64,000 bases of DNA from an uncultured Gemmatimonadales bacterium (lineage in GTDB: Bacteria; Gemmatimonadota; Gemmatimonadetes; Longimicrobiales; RSA9): positions 97,919 to 161,918 of the forward strand of contig CAWAMW010000013.1 of the NCBI GenBank assembly GCA_963783305.1, given 5' to 3'. The notes beneath the pieces were generated by a model. It was not told the origin of the DNA. It worked only from the letters and a program-made list of their open reading frames with translations, and did no database searches. Positions 57,464-64,000 of the stretch are shown piece by piece. The translations under genes and the position numbers were made by a program. Each line of letters begins with the position of its first letter. Position 1 is the stretch's first letter.

Positions 57464-59302
57464 GTGAAGGATCGTCTGCTCATCGCCGCGCTGGTCCTGG
57501 TTGCCGCGTGCGGTCCCGCCCCCCGGCCGGGCGAGCCAGAGCGCCCGCCGGAGACCGTGCTCGGCGCCACCGAGGCCGAGATCGAGGAGGCCACGGAAAA
57601 TTTCATGGCGCTGCGGGATGCGTTCCTGCCTGCGTACTACGAGGCGCGACCGGTTCGGGCCACGGAGCTCGGGGTCCACGAGCACGATGCCCGTCTACCA
57701 GCCATGGATCGGGCGGGTATTCAGCGGTACATCGACCAGGTGTTGGAGTGGCTGGCCGAGCTCGAGGAGATCCCCCTGTCGCACCTTCAGGGCGACCTGC
57801 GCTACGACTACGGTGTGCTCGAGTTCGCGCTTCGGAGCGAGCTCCTCGAGCTCGAAGAGACCCGGGGCTGGGTCCGGGATCCCCGACCGTACACGAGCAT
57901 CATCGCCCGGGGGATCGCCGGTGTCGCCGAGCGTCCGTACGCGCCGCTCCCGGAGCGAGCGGAGGCAATCGTCGCGCGCATGGACGCGGGGGTGGGGGTG
58001 CTCGAGGCCGCTCGAGAGAATATGTCCGCTCCGCCCGAGGTCTGGACCGATCTGGCCGTGGAGGACACACGAGGCCTGATCACCTTTCTCGAGGAGGACC
58101 TTCCGGCGATCCTCATGGCGCAGGCCGGGGGCACCGACGCCATGGCGCTCCACGGGCTGGGATCGGCCCGAGACCGTCTGGTCGAGGCGCTGCGCGGGCA
58201 CCTCGAGTGGCTCGAGAGCGACCTGGCGCCGCGATCCACGGGCGAGTTCCGGCTCGGCCGATTCCTGTTCGAGCGCAAGCTGCTGTACGAAGAGCATATC
58301 GCCCTGAGCGTGGAGGAGCTCGACCAGCTGAACGAGCGGATGATCGCCAGCTACAATGAGCGCCTGGCCAGCACCGCGGCGGAGATCGACCGGGGCCGAT
58401 CGCCAAGCGCCATCCTGGACTCGCTGGCCGCCATTCACCCGCCAGCGGAGGACCTGCTCGACACCGCCCGCGCGATGATGGTGTCGACACGGGACTGGGT
58501 CGCCGGAGCGGGCGTGGTGCGGCTGCCAAGCGAGCGGATGCCCGTGGTGCGCGAGGCGCGGCCGTACGCCCGGCGGAATATCGCGTCGCTGGAGGCACCG
58601 GGCCCCTTCGCCGATGCAGCGGCGGAAGCATTCTACCGCCTCGCCACGCCGCTGCCGGCATGGACCGAGGAGCGGCAGGAGAGCTACCTGATGGGCTTCA
58701 ACCGGCAGGCACTGCTCCTGGAAACGCTGAACCAGACGTTCCCGGGCCGTTACGTGCAGGCCGCGTATGAGGCGGAGGTGGAGAGCGAGCTGCGACAGGT
58801 GTTCACCCCCCGGTCGTTCGTCGAGGGATGGGCGCACTACGCGGAGCAGTTGGCCCTGGACGAAGGCTTTGGCGATGGCGATCCTGCGCTCCGGCTCGAG
58901 CAGCTGCGGCGTGCACTCGAACGACACGCCCGCTGGTACGCGGCCCTCCACCTCCACGCGCTCGGTACTCCTGTGGACGAGGTGGTCAACCGCTTCACCG
59001 AGATCGCGCATGTCCCGGAGACGGAAGCACGCCGCCAGGTGATCCGGGGGACCTACGACCCGCTCTACCTGTCCAGCGCTCTGGGCCGCCTGCAGATCCT
59101 GGACATCCGCCGGGACTACGAGGAGCGGCTGGAATCGGAGGGCAAGAGCTTCGACCTGGCCGAGTTTCACAGCCAGGTGCTGCGGCTGGCCCTGCCGCTG
59201 CCCCTGGTCCGAGAGCAGCTGCTGCCGCTCCCCGACGAGGCCGCGGGGGCACGACGATCCACTGCCGGCCGAAGACGGCCGGCATTTACACCCGAAGACT
59301 GA
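57464..59302 (+). CDS. DUF885-family lipoprotein
   Basis: [12 protein letters not shown], lipobox VAAC; ATELG.H..D..L, FPGRY, EGWAHYAE, LGRLQI, FDLAEFH. Confidence 0.85.
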   Translation: MKDRLLIAALVLVAACGPAPRPGEPERPPETVLGATEAEIEEATENFMALRDAFLPAYYEARPVRATELGVHEHDARLPAMDRAGIQRYIDQVLEWLAELEEIPLSHLQGDLRYDYGVLEFALRSELLELEETRGWVRDPRPYTSIIARGIAGVAERPYAPLPERAEAIVARMDAGVGVLEAARENMSAPPEVWTDLAVEDTRGLITFLEEDLPAILMAQAGGTDAMALHGLGSARDRLVEALRGHLEWLESDLAPRSTGEFRLGRFLFERKLLYEEHIALSVEELDQLNERMIASYNERLASTAAEIDRGRSPSAILDSLAAIHPPAEDLLDTARAMMVSTRDWVAGAGVVRLPSERMPVVREARPYARRNIASLEAPGPFADAAAEAFYRLATPLPAWTEERQESYLMGFNRQALLLETLNQTFPGRYVQAAYEAEVESELRQVFTPRSFVEGWAHYAEQLALDEGFGDGDPALRLEQLRRALERHARWYAALHLHALGTPVDEVVNRFTEIAHVPETEARRQVIRGTYDPLYLSSALGRLQILDIRRDYEERLESEGKSFDLAEFHSQVLRLALPLPLVREQLLPLPDEAAGARRSTAGRRRPAFTPED

Positions 59303-60300
59303 TGGCAGAGACGAAGAGACCTACCGCCGAAGCCGCCGAGGAGATCCTCGGCGGGTATTTCCCCGTCCTCGACCACGGTTTCGTGGCGCTGGTCGACTAC
59401 ATGGGGAGCGATGAGGACATCGAGCGCGCCGCGCGCGTCAGCTACGGCTACGGCACTCGGAAGGTCAGCCAGACGCGCGGGCTGATCCGCTATCTGCGCC
59501 GCCACTGGCACACCACCCCGAGCGAGATGGTGGAGCTGAAGTTCCACGTGTGCATGCCGATCTTCGTAGCCCGGCAGTGGATCCGACACCGCACCGCAAA
59601 CGTGAACGAGTACAGCGGCCGCTACTCGCTCATGCCACTCCTGTTCTACACCCCGGAGCGGGCGGATTTCGCGCTCCAGAGCGCGGACAACAAACAGGGA
59701 CGCAGACCGGAGGAGACCGACCCGGCGCTTTTCCAGGAGGCGGTGTCGCGCTGGGAGTCCGCACGGGAGCGCGCGGGCGCCGATTATCAATGGCTCGTCG
59801 GGCAGGACGTCGCGCGGGAGCTCGCGAGGATCGATCTCCCGCTATCGACGTACACGCAGTGGTACTGGAAGATCGATCTTCACAACCTCATTCACTTCCT
59901 GACGCTTCGAGCCGACTCACACGCGCAGTACGAGATCCGGGTGTTCGCGGAAGTGATGGCTGGCATGCTCAAGCGCGTGGCGCCGCTGTCGTACGAGGCC
60001 TGGATCGATTACGCCTTCGCGGCCGCGCCGATGTCACGGGGCGAGCTGTCGGTCCTCCGGCAGCTGGTAAGCGCGGTGGCCGACGAGGAGGGCGCCACCT
60101 TCGCTGCCCGCGAAGGCGCCACCCTCGAGATGGAGGCATTGAAGGAGCACGGACTCAGCAAGAGGGAGGTGCTGGAGCTGGTGGAGAAGCTTCAGCCATC
60201 CGACGTGCCGGACTTCGCACTGGACCTGGGACGCATGAGGACGGCCGAAGCCATGGGCGAGATCATGCAGGCGGCGGTGCCGGAGGCCAGGCAGCCCTGA
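59302..60300 (+). CDS. thyX: FAD-dependent thymidylate synthase
   Basis: VLDHGFV, AARVSY, HTTPSE, RQWIRHR..NEYSGRY, ARELAR, LRADSHAQYEIR. Confidence 0.96.
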   Translation: MAETKRPTAEAAEEILGGYFPVLDHGFVALVDYMGSDEDIERAARVSYGYGTRKVSQTRGLIRYLRRHWHTTPSEMVELKFHVCMPIFVARQWIRHRTANVNEYSGRYSLMPLLFYTPERADFALQSADNKQGRRPEETDPALFQEAVSRWESARERAGADYQWLVGQDVARELARIDLPLSTYTQWYWKIDLHNLIHFLTLRADSHAQYEIRVFAEVMAGMLKRVAPLSYEAWIDYAFAAAPMSRGELSVLRQLVSAVADEEGATFAAREGATLEMEALKEHGLSKREVLELVEKLQPSDVPDFALDLGRMRTAEAMGEIMQAAVPEARQP

Positions 60301-60377
60301 GGGCGGGAGGCGGAACCGGCGACGGTATGGAGCACGTGCTCCGCACCGCCACCGGCCCGCCCGGGGCTTCCCGCTTT

Positions 60378-61292
60378 CTAACGGTTTCCGAAGGGTCGGG
60401 GCTCGAGGCTCTGGAGGTACTTCCAGATCGCTTCCAACTCCATATCCGTGAACTCCCGTGTGAACTGGACCGGCATGGTGGGGTCCAGAGTCCGGCCGTC
60501 CCTGGATATCCCCTCACGCATCGCGCGCACGAAGTCGGCCTGGGCCCATGTCCCGAGTCCCGTCTCCATGTCGGGCGTCACGTTCGCAGGGATCCCGAAC
60601 CCGGGAGGAGCGCCGGGCACGGGGCCGCCGGACATGGTGAACCCATGGCAGCCGACACAACCTGCAGCCAGATAGCCGCCGTACTCCACCGTCGACCCCT
60701 TGGGGGGCGTGAGCGGACGCGGGGCGTCGTGGTCTACCAGCCGAGCCGCCACAAGCGGCATCTTTCCCGTCAGGAACAGCAGGCGCGCCAGGGGACCCGG
60801 CTTCGGCGCCGGTACAATCCGGTCCACAGCCGGGAGGGACTCGAGGTAGGCGATCATGGACGCCACATCGGCATCGCTGATCCCCCAGAACTCGTGCGAC
60901 GGCATGAGCATCAGAGGCTTCCCGTCGGCACCGATGCCGTGGCGGATGGCGCGCACCCAGTCCCGCTCCTCGAACCGCCCCCCCGCACCCCCCGCGCCCG
61001 AAGTGAGATTGGCGCCCCAGATCGTTCCGACGACGGGGTCGTCCGCAATGACTTTTCCGGCCAGGTCCACACCGTGGCAGTCCATGCACCCGCGCGTCGT
61101 CACAATGTGTTCGCCCCGGGCAGCCATCTCCTCCGGGGTGCCGCTGGAGCCCCCCGCGAGTGGCGCCGGGTCCACCACGTACGGTCGATTGAAGCTCGGC
61201 TGGCTGAAGCCGTAAATGCCGGCAAGAGCGAGAAGCAGGAGAACGAGTAGGGCACCAAGGACGGTGCCGGCGATTCGAACCGGACGCGGCAT
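60378..61292 (-). CDS. Membrane-anchored diheme cytochrome c
   Basis: N-terminal TM, CMDCH and CVGCH, each followed by ANLT/ANVTP..RAIR.G..MP. Confidence 0.92.
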   Translation of the reverse strand: MPRPVRIAGTVLGALLVLLLLALAGIYGFSQPSFNRPYVVDPAPLAGGSSGTPEEMAARGEHIVTTRGCMDCHGVDLAGKVIADDPVVGTIWGANLTSGAGGAGGRFEERDWVRAIRHGIGADGKPLMLMPSHEFWGISDADVASMIAYLESLPAVDRIVPAPKPGPLARLLFLTGKMPLVAARLVDHDAPRPLTPPKGSTVEYGGYLAAGCVGCHGFTMSGGPVPGAPPGFGIPANVTPDMETGLGTWAQADFVRAMREGISRDGRTLDPTMPVQFTREFTDMELEAIWKYLQSLEPRPFGNR

Positions 61293-61309
61293 GCACACCT
61301 CGACAGGAA

Positions 61310-61349
61310 TGGGAGAAAAGCCCTACGAGGTTGTGGGGAGATTCCCCAC
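61310..61349. promoter_or_regulatory. Candidate palindromic TF site GTGGGGAATCTCCCCAC (minus strand) plus a weaker site 23 bp downstream
   Basis: Near-perfect palindrome at 61333-61349; second site GTAGGGCTTTTCTCCCA at 61326-61310; matches 10362-10378. Confidence 0.55.
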
Positions 61350-61382
61350 GACACACCTTGATAAAGGTCGATGGACCCGCCG

Positions 61383-61835
61383 TCAAGGATTCCGTTGCTG
61401 CGGTTGGCCGCCGAGGAGCTGGACCGGATCTTCAGCACCGCTTCGGGTCTGGATCTCGAAGTGGAGGTGCGGCCCCGTCGACCGGCCGGAAGATCCTGAG
61501 AGCCCGATTACCGCGCGCTTGTCGAGGGTTTCGCCGGTCTTGACGCGGAGTTCCGAGAGATGTGCGTACACCGTACGGACTCCGCGGGGATGATCCACCA
61601 TCACGACGGTGCCGTACCCGCGCAGGGTGCCTGCGAAAGCGACGCGGCCAGGCGCCATGGCGCGGACGGGCGTTCCGGTGGGAACCGATATGTCCACGCC
61701 CCGGTGAATGGAGAAATCCAGGCCACTCCGGCGGATCCCGAAAGGGGAGGTGAGACTGCCCTCGACGGGCCAGCGGGGGATGGAGCAGCTCGGGAGGAGC
61801 AGCAGGGCGGCGAGGAGGAGCAGAGCGCGACGCAT
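61383..61835 (-). CDS. M23 family metallopeptidase lipoprotein
   Basis: Lipobox LPSC, HRGVD, YAHLS, STGPHLHFEI. Confidence 0.93.
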   Translation of the reverse strand: MRRALLLLAALLLLPSCSIPRWPVEGSLTSPFGIRRSGLDFSIHRGVDISVPTGTPVRAMAPGRVAFAGTLRGYGTVVMVDHPRGVRTVYAHLSELRVKTGETLDKRAVIGLSGSSGRSTGPHLHFEIQTRSGAEDPVQLLGGQPQQRNP

Positions 61836-62011
61836 GCCCGGAAGATGTTCGGCATCCGCATGGCGCGCAACGGGTTCTACGCATGCCGCCCGGGCGCGAG
61901 AGGGCGGGAGCAGGGCCTTGATGGCGGACGCCGTCGAAGCAGCCCACGGGACGTATCTTCGCGTCGGGTGGGTGAGAAACCGAAAAGGTACAGACGGGAG
62001 GGGGTAGATCG

Positions 62012-62551
62012 ATGAACGACACGGCGAGGGAAAGTGGGGGTCATCGCATCCTGCGCGAGGGGGTCAGCGCGGGCGTGCTGGGTGGGATCGCGGTCGCGGC
62101 CTGGTTCTTCGTGGTCGATCTGATCAGCGGGCAGTTGCTCTACACGCCCGCCGCCCTTGGCTCGGCGGCCTTCGAGGGCGTGACGTCCGCGGCCGACGTG
62201 CAGGTGACGGCTCTCACCGTGCTCGGGTACACGGCCATCCATTTCGGCGGGTTCATCCTGGTGGGTCTCGTTTTCGCAGCCCTGGTGCTGCGAGCCGAGG
62301 AGAGCCCCCCACTGCTCATGGGGCTGGCGCTCCTCTTTGTCACGTTCGAGACGTTGCTGCTGGGGCTGGTGGCGATTGTCGCCGCCTGGTTGCTGGACGC
62401 GCTCGCGTGGTGGAGCATCGGCGTCGGCAACCTGCTGGCCGCCGCCGTGATGGCGGTCTACCTCTGGCGATCACATCCGAAGCTGCGGGGCGAGGTCGGG
62501 CGGGCGGACGACGAATCGCTCGAAGCCCGCCCTGGGCGGGGCAGCCCGTGA
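62012..62551 (+). CDS. Hypothetical membrane protein (about 4 TM)
   Basis: Hydrophobic helices; REGV.AG..G..AVAAWF..D...G..LYTPAALG. Confidence 0.78.
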   Translation: MNDTARESGGHRILREGVSAGVLGGIAVAAWFFVVDLISGQLLYTPAALGSAAFEGVTSAADVQVTALTVLGYTAIHFGGFILVGLVFAALVLRAEESPPLLMGLALLFVTFETLLLGLVAIVAAWLLDALAWWSIGVGNLLAAAVMAVYLWRSHPKLRGEVGRADDESLEARPGRGSP

Positions 62552-62554
62552 GCG

Positions 62555-62908
62555 TCAGCCGGCGTAGAGCGGCAGCACCTTGAAGAGGACCACCAGGGCG
62601 ATGACCAGGAACAGCGCCAGGAAGAGCGGCGCGCCGAACACCCACGTGAAGACTTTGCTGTCCATCTTGAGGTGCATGTAGAACATGACCACCAGCACGA
62701 ACTTGGACGTGGTCAGGACGAGCAGGATCGGCAGCAGCACGGAGTGGAGCGCGTCGATGTAGAACACCCCCACCTCCAGCCCCGTCAGCACCGTGAGCAC
62801 CAGCGCGACCATCCAATAGGTCTTGGCTGGTGGGTGCTCGTGGACCTCGTGCTCAGCGGAGTCCCTGGGGCCGCGGGTGCGATCGGGCTGCATGGCTGTG
62901 TCGGTCAT
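62555..62908 (-). CDS. ctaF: Cytochrome c oxidase subunit IV
   Basis: YWMVALVLTVLTGLEV, KFVLVVMFYMHLK. Confidence 0.9.
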   Translation of the reverse strand: MTDTAMQPDRTRGPRDSAEHEVHEHPPAKTYWMVALVLTVLTGLEVGVFYIDALHSVLLPILLVLTTSKFVLVVMFYMHLKMDSKVFTWVFGAPLFLALFLVIALVVLFKVLPLYAG

Positions 62909-62920
62909 TTCCTCTCGCTC

Positions 62921-63523
62921 CTATTCCTGGAGGAGGTAGATGAGGGTAAAGATCGCGATCCACACGATATCGACGAAGTGCCAGTAAAGGCCCGCGATTT
63001 CGACCTTGAGCGAGTCCTGCGGCCCGATCCGTCCAGCCAGGAGCTGGAACCAGAGGATGAGCAGCCAGATCACGCCGATGGTGACGTGGGCGCCGTGGAA
63101 GCCCGTGAGGATGAAGAAGGACGACCCGAACAGGTTGCTCGAGAGCGTGAGGCCCACGTGGTAGAAGTGGGTGAACTCGTAGGCCTGGAACCCCAGGAAC
63201 ACCATGCCGAGGACCGCTGTCGCCATGAGGGCAGCGAGTGCGCCCTTCCGATTGCCGCGCTGCACGTGCGAGAGCGCCAGCACCATGGCGAGGCTCGACA
63301 TGAGCAGGACGAAGGTGCTGAGGCTGGTCAGCAGGATGTCGAGGACATCGGCCGGATAGGGTCCCTGGACGCTGCGCCCCGCGTAGATCAGGTACGTGGC
63401 AATGAATGACCCGAAGAACAGGGTCTCGGATCCCAGGAACGTCCAGAACCCCACCTTCCAGGTGTCGAGGCCGGTCGAGGTCGGCGGATGGGCCGAGTGT
63501 GCTGCGTGCGCGTTTGCTTCCAT
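62921..63523 (-). CDS. ctaE: Cytochrome c oxidase subunit III (short form)
   Basis: GFWTFLGSE..FF, TFVLLMSS, TGFHGAHV, GLYWHFVDIVW. ATG at 63523. Confidence 0.94.
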   Translation of the reverse strand: MEANAHAAHSAHPPTSTGLDTWKVGFWTFLGSETLFFGSFIATYLIYAGRSVQGPYPADVLDILLTSLSTFVLLMSSLAMVLALSHVQRGNRKGALAALMATAVLGMVFLGFQAYEFTHFYHVGLTLSSNLFGSSFFILTGFHGAHVTIGVIWLLILWFQLLAGRIGPQDSLKVEIAGLYWHFVDIVWIAIFTLIYLLQE

Positions 63524-63578
63524 CAGGCGTCTGGACTCGGGTTGCGGGTCTCGTAGGTGATCATGGTCGGTGCCTTGG

Positions 63579-64000
63579 TCAGCCGGCGGGCTCGAAGGCC
63601 CAGTTGATCGCGGCCACGGCGGTGGCGCCCAGGGCAATCAGCGGCAGCCACCAGATCTCAGCCATGAAGAGCATCAGGGTGCTGGCGCCGCCGGCCGCGG
63701 TCAGGAGCGGCCAGAATGAGGGATTCGGCATGTGCACGCCACCCGCGGGCGCCGTGTAGACGCGCTCATCGTAGTCCTCGGCGTTGTCCCAGAGCGGGTT
63801 GCGGCTGCGGACCTCGGGCAGCTGCGCGTAGTTGTACTCCGGCGGCGGCGACGTGGTGGCCCATTCCAGCGTGGGGGCGCCCCAGGGGTTCGGTCCGGCG
63901 GGCACACCCCTGGTGCGGCTCCAGATGAGGTTCCATACGAAGGCGAGGGTGCCGAAGGCCATGAGCAACGCCGCCCACGACATGAACAGGTTCAGGCCGC
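63579..64000 (-). CDS. ctaD: Cytochrome c oxidase subunit I, C-terminal fragment (gene starts beyond the window)
   Basis: NPWGAPTLEWATTSPPPEYN followed by HMPNPSFWP and two extra TM helices; upstream of subunits III and IV. Confidence 0.9.
   Translation of the reverse strand, partial: GLNLFMSWAALLMAFGTLAFVWNLIWSRTRGVPAGPNPWGAPTLEWATTSPPPEYNYAQLPEVRSRNPLWDNAEDYDERVYTAPAGGVHMPNPSFWPLLTAAGGASTLMLFMAEIWWLPLIALGATAVAAINWAFEPAG

Noticed and set aside
63579..63740. Extra TM helices on oxidase subunit I and a short subunit III
   Set aside because: Known split-point variant of heme-copper oxidases, not novel.

Overview
High-GC (about 70%) bacterial chromosomal window. The gene content suggests Gemmatimonadota (inference only). 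It is almost entirely coding, with about 52 real CDSs; most other ORFs in the track are GC-rich shadow frames. I saw no rRNA, tRNA, CRISPR array, IS element or prophage. Core genes: mutY, addB/addA-like helicase-nuclease pair, Mre11/SbcD plus a membrane-bearing SMC-like ATPase, lon, clpP, hsp20, PPi-type pfk, hutU/ftcd/hutF, udk, thyX, tatA, SURF1 and the 3' end of a cytochrome c oxidase operon. The strongest candidate for a poorly described system is at 30.2-34.6 kb: an ECF sigma factor module with a membrane anti-sigma-like protein carrying a CBM48 (glycogen/starch-binding) domain, an exported beta-rich protein with a second CBM48, a DUF4382-type lipoprotein and an exported Gly/Pro-tailed protein. 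All three transcription units share an identical GATGTGAC-N17-CGTC element, so the likely regulon can be read from the DNA. Other highlights: a >826-aa coiled-coil/P-loop ATPase missed by the ORF track and coupled to mscS; a lipoprotein fusing a variant D-aminoacylase to a class-A-beta-lactamase-like domain; a 17-bp palindrome shared by a USP gene and a diheme cytochrome c gene 51 kb apart; and a ClpP with Asn at the catalytic Asp position.
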